Part shown: piece after piece, positions 8,709 to 17,091 of the stretch
How the letters are laid out: every line of letters begins with the position of its first letter
How positions within the stretch are numbered: the first letter of the stretch is position 1
Assembly (NCBI GenBank): GCA_035995325.1
Contig: DASYKN010000055.1
Location: 13,753 to 77,752, forward strand
Length of the DNA: 64,000 nt
DNA from: Solirubrobacterales bacterium
GTDB taxonomy: Bacteria > Actinomycetota > Thermoleophilia > Solirubrobacterales > 70-9
Direction of reading: 5' to 3'
Notes under the pieces: generated by a model
Databases searched by the model: none
Told to the model about the DNA's origin: nothing
What the model saw: only the letters and a program-made list of their open reading frames with translations
Translations under genes and position numbers: made by a program

Positions 8709-9763
8709 CTCGCGCCGCGCTCGCGCGAGGGCTGCACCCGCTTCGGCTCCCCCGGCATCTTCGGATAGGAGGGGGGATAGGGCATGTCGGCCTCCCCCTC
8801 GGCGGCATCGCGCTCGTAGAGGTCGAGCAGCGGCTGCAGCGAGTGGGCGACGTCGTCGATCGCGGCGTGCAGGTCTCCCTCGGCGGCGAAGCGAGCGGGA
8901 AGCGTGGCGACCGTGAACTCCCCCGGCGTAACGTCCGCAAGCTCCTCCCACCGCACCGGCGCCGAGACCGGCGCGCCCGGCTTCGGCCGCACGCTGTAGG
9001 CGGAGGCGATCGTGCGGTCGCGCGCGTTCTGGTTGTAGTCGACGAAGATCCGCTCGCCGCGCTCCTCCTTCCACCACTTCGTCGTCACCTCTCCGGGCAG
9101 GCGCCGCTCCAGCTCCCGCCCGAAGGCGATCGCCGCGTGGCGGACCTCCGTGAAGCTCCAGCGCGGCTCGATCCGCACGTAGATGTGGATGCCGCGGCCA
9201 CCCGACGTCTTCGGGAAGCCGGCGTAGCCAAGCTCCTCCAGCAGCGCCCGCGCCTCCGCCGCCACCCGCACCGCGTCGCCGAAGCCGGTGCCCTCCTGCG
9301 GGTCGAGGTCGAGCCGCAGCTCGTCGGGGTGGTCGACGTCCGCCGCGCGCACCGGCCAGGGATGGAAGGTGATCGTCCCCATCTGCGCCGCCCATGCCAC
9401 CGTGGCCAGCTCGGTCGGGCAGACCTCGTCGGCGTGCCGGCCCGAGGGAAAGTCGATCCGCGCCGTCCGCACCCACTCCGGCGCCCCCCGCGGGACCCGC
9501 TTCTGGAAGAACGCGTCGCCACCGCCTTTCTCCCTGGTCGAGACGACGGTCCCGGGGTGGACGCCCTTCGGCCAGCGCTCGAGCGTCGTCGGCCGTTGCC
9601 CCACCGCCCGCATGACCCCCTCTCCGACCGCGAGGTAGTACTTGACGATGTCGAGCTTGGTCAGCGCCGGCGTCAGCTCGGTGGCGGGGAAGATCACGCG
9701 GTCCGGGCTGCTGACCCGCACCTCGCGTCCCCCCGCGTCGACGACCTCGGCTTTAGCTGCCAT
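8705..9763 (-). CDS. Stand-alone LigD-type polymerase/primase domain protein (NHEJ)
   Basis: VRVSSPDRVIFP...TKLDIVKYY...FPKTSGGRGIHIYV...DYNQNARDRTIASAYSVR are LigD-Pol signatures. There is no ligase or nuclease domain in the ORF. Start at the ATG at 9763. Confidence 0.85.
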   Translation of the reverse strand: MAAKAEVVDAGGREVRVSSPDRVIFPATELTPALTKLDIVKYYLAVGEGVMRAVGQRPTTLERWPKGVHPGTVVSTREKGGGDAFFQKRVPRGAPEWVRTARIDFPSGRHADEVCPTELATVAWAAQMGTITFHPWPVRAADVDHPDELRLDLDPQEGTGFGDAVRVAAEARALLEELGYAGFPKTSGGRGIHIYVRIEPRWSFTEVRHAAIAFGRELERRLPGEVTTKWWKEERGERIFVDYNQNARDRTIASAYSVRPKPGAPVSAPVRWEELADVTPGEFTVATLPARFAAEGDLHAAIDDVAHSLQPLLDLYERDAAEGEADMPYPPSYPKMPGEPKRVQPSRERGAS

Positions 9764-10049
9764 GTGGCTCAGTGCCGTTGCGATCGGCCCTTTGGGTGCG
9801 TAACCGGATCGGCCCCTTGGCACGAGCCAGGTCGACGACCTCTCCACGCTGAGTCACCTCGATCTGACCGGCCTCGACCAGTTCGCCGGCGGCGCCCCGC
9901 ACCAAGTCCATCAATGGCCGGAAGCCGTCGTCGCCGCCGAGCGCACGGGCAGCGTCGGAGGGACAGATCGTCTTGTCGGGACCCCGTTCCGCGAGCAGCT
10001 CGAGAATCGCCCTTCGCCCCTGCGCTCTGGTCACCGAGCCCATCGGCAC
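9753..10049 (-). CDS. DUF3253 domain protein
   Basis: ILELLAERGPDKTICPSDAARAL...RPLMDLVRGAAGELVEAGQIEVTQRGEVVD is typical of DUF3253. It overlaps the LigD-Pol start by 11 nt. Confidence 0.7.
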   Translation of the reverse strand: MPMGSVTRAQGRRAILELLAERGPDKTICPSDAARALGGDDGFRPLMDLVRGAAGELVEAGQIEVTQRGEVVDLARAKGPIRLRTQRADRNGTEPHGS

Positions 10050-10251
10050 AGGGTAGGCATCCGCGGTCGCGAGTTCTGTAGACGGGTGCCCCGCGCCTCT
10101 GCTTCCTTCATATGGAAGCCATTTCGATGACGGATCGCCAACCGCGATTCACCGGCCTCTGCAGTTGCTCGGGTAATCCAGAGTAATCGGGGTAGTAATG
10201 GGCAACGATGGACGCCACATGGAGGCGTCCACGCATCGATAGGAGATCAAA

Positions 10252-10917
10252 GTGAGAAAACGACTCATGGCCTTCGCCTGCGCGATCGCCGTCTGCACCG
10301 CCGGGGCGGCGACGGCACCGGCCGCTTCATTCGGACAGGACCCGATCCTTTTCGTCCACGGCTACCTGGAGAGCGCCTCTCTCTGGAACACGATGATTGG
10401 GCGGTTCGAAAAAGACGGCTACCCGTCGTCTTACCTGAGCGCGTACAGTTACAACACCTCGCAGTCGAACAAAGTCGACGCCGAAAAAGAAGTGAAATCG
10501 CACGTCGAAAGCCTGCTCAAAGCAACGGGCGCGACGAAGGTGGACATCATCGCCCACTCGATGGGCAGCCTCAACAGCCGCTGGTACATCAAGTTCCTCG
10601 GCGGCGAAACGAAGGTTGACGACTGGGTCTCGCTGGGCGGTCCCAACCACGGCACGGAAACGGCGAACTTCTGCTTCAGCACCTCCTGCGTGGAGATGCG
10701 GATCGGCTCCACCTTCCTCAAAGAACTGAACGCCGGGGACGAGACGCCGGGAACCGTCAACTACGGCACCTGGTGGTCGCCGTGCGACGAAGTCATCAAT
10801 CCCGACTCGAGCGTCCTGCTCACGGGAGCGACGAACACGGAAACCGCGTGCATCTCGCACACGGCCCTGACGACCGACGAAACCGTCTACAAACAGGTCC
10901 GCGAATTCGTCAAATAG
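10252..10917 (+). CDS. Secreted small lipase/esterase (Bacillus LipA-like, family I.4 type)
   Basis: Signal peptide. PILFVHGY oxyanion region and IIAHSMGS nucleophile elbow (AxSxG). GTG start with a GGAGA RBS. G+C is visibly lower than in the neighbouring genes. Confidence 0.8.
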   Translation: MRKRLMAFACAIAVCTAGAATAPAASFGQDPILFVHGYLESASLWNTMIGRFEKDGYPSSYLSAYSYNTSQSNKVDAEKEVKSHVESLLKATGATKVDIIAHSMGSLNSRWYIKFLGGETKVDDWVSLGGPNHGTETANFCFSTSCVEMRIGSTFLKELNAGDETPGTVNYGTWWSPCDEVINPDSSVLLTGATNTETACISHTALTTDETVYKQVREFVK

Positions 10918-10926
10918 GCGTTCTGG

Positions 10927-10958
10927 GCGCGATCCTGGTGGGCACCCCAGGATCGCGC
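10927..10958. terminator. Bidirectional stem-loop between convergent genes
   Basis: A perfect 12-bp inverted repeat, GCGCGATCCTGG-tgggcacc-CCAGGATCGCGC, lies between the lipase stop and the stop of the gene at 11004. Confidence 0.55.
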
Positions 10959-11003
10959 TAGGCCCTCGGTTGGCAGCGTAGGCATCCGCTGCCGCGAGCC
11001 GGC

Positions 11004-11807
11004 TCAGGGGTCGAACGGCCCGCCGGAGATCAGCGGCGGCGGGTCGCCGACGCATTCTGTCGGCTGGCCGGAGCTTGAGTAGCGGCAGAGCCTCGCCTTC
11101 GAGCCGGGTCCGTTCAGCAGCCTCGACCCGCCGCCGAGGAAGCTGGCTTCAAGCTCCCCCGACCAGGTTCCGGGTGAGGCTGGGTCGGCGTTGTAGGAGA
11201 CGCCCTGGACGGCTGCGCTGAGCGGGCCGGAGCCGGGTTCGCTGACCTTGAGGAAGATCGGCCCGGCCCCGTAGGTGAACCTCCCGACCGTCAGCGTCGG
11301 GAAGGTTTCCAGCGCGCCGGCCGCGATGTCCTCCAGGTTTTCGCCATAGCGCGATTCCCAGGCTCGCATCGCCAGCAGGGTGCCGTCCGCTTCGCTGGCC
11401 ACCGCCAGCTGGGCTTCGGTTCCCCGGTCGACCTGGAGCCGTGGCGCCGCGTAGGTCGCGAGCGGCGCTTCCGTCGCCGGGTCGCCAGCGGCGGCTTCTT
11501 CGCAGACGAGCGGGAAGCTGCGCCGTTGCCTCCCCTTCGCCTCGACCCGGTGCATCTCGAAGTAGCCGTTCTCGCCGCGCAGCGAGATCGTCCCGCGGTA
11601 GGTCCCACGTTCGACCCGGGGCCGCGGGCCGACGCAACCGCTGCGGTGCCGGCCCAGCTTCACCTCTTCGGGATGGAAGCGGAGCGTGACGCTGCCAATC
11701 GCGCCGAACTCGGCGCGCAGCACGCCGCTCGAGAGCGGGCGCAGGGGCCTGGCCGCGTACTTCGCCCACTGCGCGAAGGGCAGTTCGTGGATCCGGCCTC
11801 CGCTCAC
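11004..11807 (-). CDS. Hypothetical protein, probably secreted. The annotated start is uncertain.
   Basis: ORF 11004..11807. The frame stays open upstream to about 12010 and encodes a signal-peptide-like RRRVAAITAGLPVLAALLLLPGGSVASAAG. No ATG, GTG or TTG is available there (see findings). Confidence 0.5.
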   Translation of the reverse strand: MSGGRIHELPFAQWAKYAARPLRPLSSGVLRAEFGAIGSVTLRFHPEEVKLGRHRSGCVGPRPRVERGTYRGTISLRGENGYFEMHRVEAKGRQRRSFPLVCEEAAAGDPATEAPLATYAAPRLQVDRGTEAQLAVASEADGTLLAMRAWESRYGENLEDIAAGALETFPTLTVGRFTYGAGPIFLKVSEPGSGPLSAAVQGVSYNADPASPGTWSGELEASFLGGGSRLLNGPGSKARLCRYSSSGQPTECVGDPPPLISGGPFDP

Positions 11808-11995
11808 TCTGAGGACGGCGGCGTGATCGTTCGGGACTGTCAGCCCGACTTCGTAGATGCCGTGCGGACCGGCGCGACCGAGGAGGGCTGAACCGGCCGT
11901 GTTTGCCCCCAGGGTTGAGCCGGCGGCGGATGCGACCGAGCCACCCGGGAGCAGCAGGAGCGCCGCGAGGACAGGGAGGCCAGCGGTGATCGCTG

Positions 11996-12262
11996 CTACC
12001 CGCCGTCGCGCTCGCGGTGCTTGCAGCCCGGCCAGCAGCAGGGCCGGCGCTGGCCTTCCTCCAGCTCTTCCCGGGTGCGGCGAATACGGCGCTCCCGAGT
12101 TGCCGCTTGCTTGGCGTCCTCGACCCAGCAGATGAACTCGTTGCGCGCCAGGGGCGTGATGTCCTTCCAGGTAGCGAGGGTGTTGGCGTCGGCGCTCAAC
12201 GCCTCGCGCAGGTCTGCAGGCAGCTCGTGGACGACACCACCCGGGACTTGCTGGCTACCCAT
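11996..12262 (-). CDS. YdeI/OmpD-associated family protein
   Basis: LPADLREAL...WKDITPLARNEFICWVEDAKQAATRERRI matches the YdeI C-terminal family. Confidence 0.7.
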   Translation of the reverse strand: MGSQQVPGGVVHELPADLREALSADANTLATWKDITPLARNEFICWVEDAKQAATRERRIRRTREELEEGQRRPCCWPGCKHRERDGG

Positions 12263-12518
12263 GGGGTGATCGTACCCCCGCTGCTCATCGCGTTTCCGCT
12301 ACACATGCCGGACTGCGGGCGCCGATGTACGGTTTCGGAGAGCGGCGCGGCAGCAGGCGTAGGCGCTGCAGGTGAGAGCGCCGAGACGGGCTCAGCGCCA
12401 GCTGAGCCCCCTGCGTGGTAGGCCGTATCGAACCTCGCCTCGCCCGCATGCCTCACGGGATCGAGCCCTGCCGGAATCGAACCGGGCAGGCGCCTCAAGG
12501 TGGATCGGAGATGCGTCG

Positions 12519-14276
12519 ATGCACACGTTGATGCCCGACAGTCGAGTGACCAAGCGCTTTTTCGCCACCCTGGCCGTATTGATCGCGTCCCTGGCCGCCG
12601 TGGCCGTCCTCGGCATCGGTGGACTGAACACGGTCAGCGAAGCGAACGATCAGGTCTTCTCAGACAACCTCCAGACGGCGCTGGCGACCAGTCGCCTCAG
12701 CCGCGACATCGGTCATGCCGAGACTCTCGGGCTGGAGGTCGCCGCCAACTCGGGGACCGTGGTGGCCGATCTCCGGCGCGCGCAGCTGGTGCAGAGCATC
12801 GCGCCTCAAGTGGAAGCCGATATCGCCCGCCTTTTGAAGCTCCACGCCAGTGATCCCGCGGCAGAGCGCCGAAAGCTCGCGCGGATTCCCCATGACTGGC
12901 AGTCGTTCCTGAAGACGACCAAGCAGGGGGGGCTCGCGCGCAGCGTCCCCTTAAATGCCGCCCAGCGCACCGCGACCGCGAGGGAGGTGGCCGGCGCGCT
13001 CGATCCCCTTCATGCCTTCGTATCCGGTCGCCAGTCCGTCGAGTTGGCGGCGGCGAGCGCGGCTCACCAACATGCGGATGCGACCTATCGGAGCAGTCTG
13101 CGGTGGCTTCTGATCGCGAGTGCGGTTGCGTTGGCGGCGGCCATCGCGATGGTTCAGATCGGGCTGACGCTGAAGCGGCTGGTCGACCAGCGACAGCGAG
13201 AGCGACGCCAGGGCGAGAGCGCCAGCGAGTACATCGACACCTTGCAGGTAACCGAGAGCGAGGACGAGGCCCAGGAGTTGCTGCGCCGCCAGGTGGAGCG
13301 TTCGATCGTCGGTTCTCGGGCGGTTGTCTTGGCGCGCAACAACAGCGCCGATCGCCTTGAACCGAAGACCGAGCTGTCCGAGCTGTCCGAGCTCCGCGCA
13401 CCGCTTGCCGGTGCGGTCCCAAGATCATGCCTCGCGGTCAGGTTCGGCCGCAACCATGCTCAGGAGCACGACAGCGACGCGCTGATGAGCTGCGAGCTTT
13501 GCGGTGCCCTTCCGGGCTCTTCGAGCTGCGAGCCGCTTCTCGTCGGCGGCGAGGTGATCGGCTCCGTTCTCATCAATGTCGACGGACAAACCGCCCCGGA
13601 CCGCCAGCGCAGCCGCGAAACCGTCGCGCAGGCGGCGCCCGTCCTCGCCAACCTGCGCAACCTTGCGATAGCGGAGCTTCGCGCGGCGACCGACGTGCTG
13701 ACCGGGCTGCCCAACCAGCGTGCGATTCAGGACACGCTGAAGCGGATGGTCGCCCAGGCGTCGCGCACGATCAGCCCGCTTGCCGCGTTGCTCGTCGACC
13801 TCGATCACTTCAAGCAGGTCAACGACATCTACGGTCACGATCGTGGCGACGAGGTTCTTGCCGCGGTCGGAGTCGCGATGCGGAGCGTGCTGCGCGACAG
13901 CGACTTCGTCGGCCGCTATGGCGGCGAGGAGTTCCTGATGCTGCTGCCTGACACCGGCAACGCGGGGGCGCTGCAGGTCGCCGAGGCGGTGCGCAGCGTG
14001 GTCTCCGCGATCAGCATCCCCGGCGTCGAACAGCCAATTACGGCAAGTGTCGGAGTCGCGATCTTGCCTGACCACGCGGGGGAGGCGACCACGCTGTTCC
14101 GCATGGCCGACCGTTCTCTATACGCGGCGAAGAACCGCGGCCGGGACCGGGTCGAGAGCGCGGCGAGCTACCGGGACGACGATGGGGGCGCTCACGTCCG
14201 AGCTCCGGGGGCCGTTGATCGCGGATCGGATCGTGACGGGTCAGCGGTAATCAAGCGGGCTGAGGACGGCGGCTGA
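12519..14276 (+). CDS. Membrane-bound diguanylate cyclase (4-helix-bundle sensor, TM helix, GAF-like region, GGDEF domain)
   Basis: TM1 FFATLAVLIASLAAVAVLGIG and TM2 LLIASAVALAAAIAMVQIGL. GGDEF domain with RYGGEEFLMLL and LYAAKNRGRDRV. Start at the ATG at 12519 inside ORF 12372..14276. Confidence 0.85.
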   Translation: MHTLMPDSRVTKRFFATLAVLIASLAAVAVLGIGGLNTVSEANDQVFSDNLQTALATSRLSRDIGHAETLGLEVAANSGTVVADLRRAQLVQSIAPQVEADIARLLKLHASDPAAERRKLARIPHDWQSFLKTTKQGGLARSVPLNAAQRTATAREVAGALDPLHAFVSGRQSVELAAASAAHQHADATYRSSLRWLLIASAVALAAAIAMVQIGLTLKRLVDQRQRERRQGESASEYIDTLQVTESEDEAQELLRRQVERSIVGSRAVVLARNNSADRLEPKTELSELSELRAPLAGAVPRSCLAVRFGRNHAQEHDSDALMSCELCGALPGSSSCEPLLVGGEVIGSVLINVDGQTAPDRQRSRETVAQAAPVLANLRNLAIAELRAATDVLTGLPNQRAIQDTLKRMVAQASRTISPLAALLVDLDHFKQVNDIYGHDRGDEVLAAVGVAMRSVLRDSDFVGRYGGEEFLMLLPDTGNAGALQVAEAVRSVVSAISIPGVEQPITASVGVAILPDHAGEATTLFRMADRSLYAAKNRGRDRVESAASYRDDDGGAHVRAPGAVDRGSDRDGSAVIKRAEDGG

Positions 14277-14329
14277 GGAAAGCCGTCCCGGAGGGGGTGT
14301 TGCAAGGGCACGCTGGTGATCGGCGTCGT

Positions 14330-14808
14330 CGAGATTAACTCCGACGCCAAGCTCTCGACCAACATCCAGTTTGAGAAATGCGAAGTGGCCCGGTCATTGT
14401 TGGCGAGCCCGCCGCACAGTCCGCCAAGAGTCAGGGTGATCTTGAGAATGACCGCCGTGATCGCCAGGCCGATCAGCGGATCGGCGATCGGTAGGCCGAG
14501 CGCGACAACGATTGCCGTCGCCATGACGGCAAGAACTGTCGAGGCGGTTGCCGGCGCGAGTGCGGATGACTGCTGCGATCCAATTGCCGACAAATCCGAT
14601 CAGCCCGGCGGGGCCAGGCCAAGAAGGTGGGTTGCCGTCTGGGGATGGATCTGCCGCGAGATCGCCTCGAGCCCGGCAACCCAGGCCGAGACAAAGATCG
14701 TCGCGACCACGAACAGCCCCGCCCAACGCTCGGCCCGCCGAGCGCAGCAGGAAGGCGGCGCTGAGCGGGATCGCGGTTGGCATCGCCGAAGTTGTGGATC
14801 AGGTCGGC
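14330..14808 (-). pseudogene. Cation diffusion facilitator (CDF) transporter remnant, frameshifted and truncated
   Basis: CDF-like pieces lie in three different minus-strand frames: IADLIHNFGDA, then ERWAGLFVVATIFVSAWVAGLEAISRQIHP, then LAVMATAIVVALGLPIADPLIGLAITAVILKI. TM1 and the C-terminal cytoplasmic domain are missing. The 5' break coincides with the start of repeat copy A. Confidence 0.65.
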
Positions 14809-14923
14809 AATGAGGGATAGGACGCGATGGTTCAAGTTTCCCCTGGAGGGCGAAGTTGCCCGTTTGCAGGGTGGGTGAGTGGAGCTAGGCGGATTCGAAC
14901 CGCCGACCTCCTGGGTGCGATCC
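14809..14923. repeat. Repeat copy A: about 70 nt of flank F plus a 44-nt 3' fragment of tRNA-Ala(CGC)
   Basis: aatgagggatagga.gcgatggttcaagtttcccctggag.gcgaagttgcccgtttgcagg..gtgggtgag followed by tggagctaggcggattcgaaccgccgacctcctgggtgcgatcc. The latter is identical to 36052-36095 of the intact tRNA gene. Confidence 0.9.
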
Positions 14924-15019
14924 GCGGCGGCGGCCAGGGCTACCTTCGCAATAAGTGGCCTATTTGCAGGGGCTTACCAGCGGGTTGAAGGTCCGTCGAG
15001 CAGCGTTTGAGCCTGTCGG

Positions 15020-15082
15020 ATATGCACGGATATGCGGCGATGTGATCCGAGTCGGGAACTTTTGGCGAGAAGTTCCCGAAAT
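15020..15082. repeat. Conserved cassette-proximal block with an interrupted palindrome
   Basis: atatgcacggatatgcggcgatgtgatccgagTCGGGAACTTttggcgagAAGTTCCCGAaat is nearly identical to 30199-30261. Confidence 0.85.
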
Positions 15083-15363
15083 GACGCGGCGCGGTTCAAG
15101 GCCCATAAACGGAAAGCGCGACGACTCACTGCCCTAAGCCTGCAACGGCGAATTCCATGCTCCCATTGTGTTCACTAGGGACATTGCACGGTGCAAGTCC
15201 ACCGGCCGTCTAAGACGATCGATCCGACCAGTCTAAGAACCTCAGTATGGTCGAAGACCATGCTGAATCCTTCCCCGCCGATGCAATCTATGGCCGTGGA
15301 TGCTGATGGAACTCGGATGCTCGAGCCGTGACAATTTTTTCACGTCTTAGAGAGGAGAGTTGA

Positions 15364-16509
15364 GTGTCGATCAGAGCTACCTCCACGGACGAACTCGCCC
15401 GTCAGGTCGAGGCTAAGGTGGAACTGCCGTCGGGTGGCGCCATCGTCCCGGTGCCCGAGTTTGCCGCCGCCTCTTCCACCCCATGCGATTCCACCGATCT
15501 GCTGAGCTGGATGGGGTGGATGACGGCGGGGCCGCCCACCTTGGCGGCGGAGGTGCTCCGCAGCGCTGGCTACTGGGCGTGGGTTCGCTATCGATGGGCC
15601 TTGGAGGACGCACATGAAGTCGTCAGGCCGACCGCCGCCGCGCGATCGATAAGACAGCACACCCGCTCAATGTTTAGCGAGGCGGTCGGAGTCGGCACGG
15701 CTGGCTACGTCGGCTGCCTGCGCCTTGCCCCGTCGGGATCTTTGGCTGTGGTCAACTTGGACGACACGATTGACCCGCTGCTGACGAGCAGAGTCATCCG
15801 TCGGCGGTTCGGCTCAGGAAAGAGGCAACCCGACTATTTGATCATCGGGGGGCTTGACAGAGGCCGGGTGGAACTCCTAGCGATCGAGTGCAAAGGCACC
15901 GTCAAGAACGAGAGGACCGCGATCGGTCAGCTTGTTGCAGGAGTTCGGCAGGTCCTGGGGGTCGAATCCGACCTGCCCATGCGGAGGGTGGTCTTCGCCA
16001 CCTCGCTGGATCTCGATGAAAAGGAACCGGCCGTGAGGTGCCACGCAATCGAGGTCAAGGCCGAAGACAGATTCCAAGGCGGGCTCGATATCGAAGTTGC
16101 GCGTGAAGCGGTACGGGACGCCGCCTTGATCCGGGCGCTTCGCTGTGCCGGTCGCTACGACGATGCCGAGCGTACGCGCCAAGGCTATGTAGCGGACTGG
16201 TTCGAGCCCCAAGAGACCTTTCGCATCGCCGACAGGCCGATGGTCGGCCGGGGAGTCGAGCTCCTCTCCGTCGACGCCCACCTTCGGGCCGAGGTGGGTG
16301 TCGACCTTGAGCTCCTGCGAGCGCTGGCGGCTCCTCGATCTGAGCGACAGGCTCTTCTTGAGCCGCTGGAAGGTGAGATTCCAGATCAAGAGAGGGACCG
16401 GCGCATCGATAGTCCGGAGCGAGTCCAGCAGGAAACTCTGATGAGGGACGGCCTCGGCATCCGTTTCGAGCGGCGGGGCCGGGATTCCGGCGAAGAGAGA
16501 TTTCAGTAG
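15364..16509 (+). CDS. Hypothetical protein with a PD-(D/E)xK nuclease-like core
   Basis: GTG start preceded by a GAGGAG RBS. Motif KRQPDYLIIGG...VELLAIECKGT (D ... E-x-K). No other domain recognised. Confidence 0.6.
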   Translation: MSIRATSTDELARQVEAKVELPSGGAIVPVPEFAAASSTPCDSTDLLSWMGWMTAGPPTLAAEVLRSAGYWAWVRYRWALEDAHEVVRPTAAARSIRQHTRSMFSEAVGVGTAGYVGCLRLAPSGSLAVVNLDDTIDPLLTSRVIRRRFGSGKRQPDYLIIGGLDRGRVELLAIECKGTVKNERTAIGQLVAGVRQVLGVESDLPMRRVVFATSLDLDEKEPAVRCHAIEVKAEDRFQGGLDIEVAREAVRDAALIRALRCAGRYDDAERTRQGYVADWFEPQETFRIADRPMVGRGVELLSVDAHLRAEVGVDLELLRALAAPRSERQALLEPLEGEIPDQERDRRIDSPERVQQETLMRDGLGIRFERRGRDSGEERFQ

Positions 16510-16516
16510 GGACCTC

Positions 16517-17035
16517 TTGGCCGGCGCCGCCACCTACTTGGTTGAGTTCGACGGTGCGCTCGTCAGGCGCGGATTCTGGCTCTACGTACTTCAGGCCACC
16601 GTCCCGGACGGAGAGCAGTTTCTCTACGTAGGCAGGACGGGCGACAGTTCGTCCTTCAACGCGCAATCCGCCTACAACCGGCTCGGCAAACACCTTGGCG
16701 CCAACACCACGACGAACCAGATGCGCAGGCACCTGACGAAGAAGGAGTTAGAACCGGAGGCCTGCCTTTACCGCTTCGTTGCCTACGGGCCCGTCCTTGC
16801 AGAGGCAGCAACCAAAGACCAAGGCAGTCACTATCCGCTCCGGGACAAGGTGGCGGCGATGGAGAGGGAACTCGCAGTCCTACTAGAGAGAGCAGGCTAC
16901 TTGGTGCTCAACGAAGTCAGGTCAAAAAAATTGCTGGACGAGAACGCATTTCGACCCGTGGTCGCGGCCATCTCCGAGTACTTCCCCAAACTTGCCGAGT
17001 ACTGTTCTCCGCCGGAACAGGACGTGACTCTGTGA
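16517..17035 (+). CDS. Hypothetical protein with GIY-YIG nuclease-like motifs
   Basis: FWLYVLQ...EQFLYVGRTGD...YNRLGKH...MERELA...LNEV fits the GIY / YIG / R / E / N spacing. It starts 8 nt after the previous gene, so an operon is likely. Confidence 0.5.
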   Translation: MAGAATYLVEFDGALVRRGFWLYVLQATVPDGEQFLYVGRTGDSSSFNAQSAYNRLGKHLGANTTTNQMRRHLTKKELEPEACLYRFVAYGPVLAEAATKDQGSHYPLRDKVAAMERELAVLLERAGYLVLNEVRSKKLLDENAFRPVVAAISEYFPKLAEYCSPPEQDVTL

Positions 17036-17091
17036 TCCCCGAGGTCGATCTTGAGCCTCGCATCTCTACTCCGCTGCCGGTGAGCCCTATG

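Noticed and set aside
12372-12518. N-terminal extensions of several ORFs in the track: 12372 for the GGDEF gene, 3860 for yjbQ, 7698 for xthA, 41978..43564 for lipA, 42979..44193 for lipB, 46893..48098 for E1-beta, 59412..60905 for purN and 18687 for the cNMP-TrxR gene.
   Set aside because: The extensions are Arg/Pro-rich, overlap the upstream gene or its terminator, and precede an internal ATG or GTG where family-typical N-termini begin. The shorter coordinates were used.
14955-15137. A 60-codon ORF inside the cassette-1 left-end block, considered as a possible excisionase or small regulator.
   Set aside because: The homologous left-end block of cassette 2 (30100-30330) has no equivalent open frame. 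The conserved part (15020-15082) is conserved at the nucleotide and palindrome level rather than as codons, and there is no HTH-like motif.
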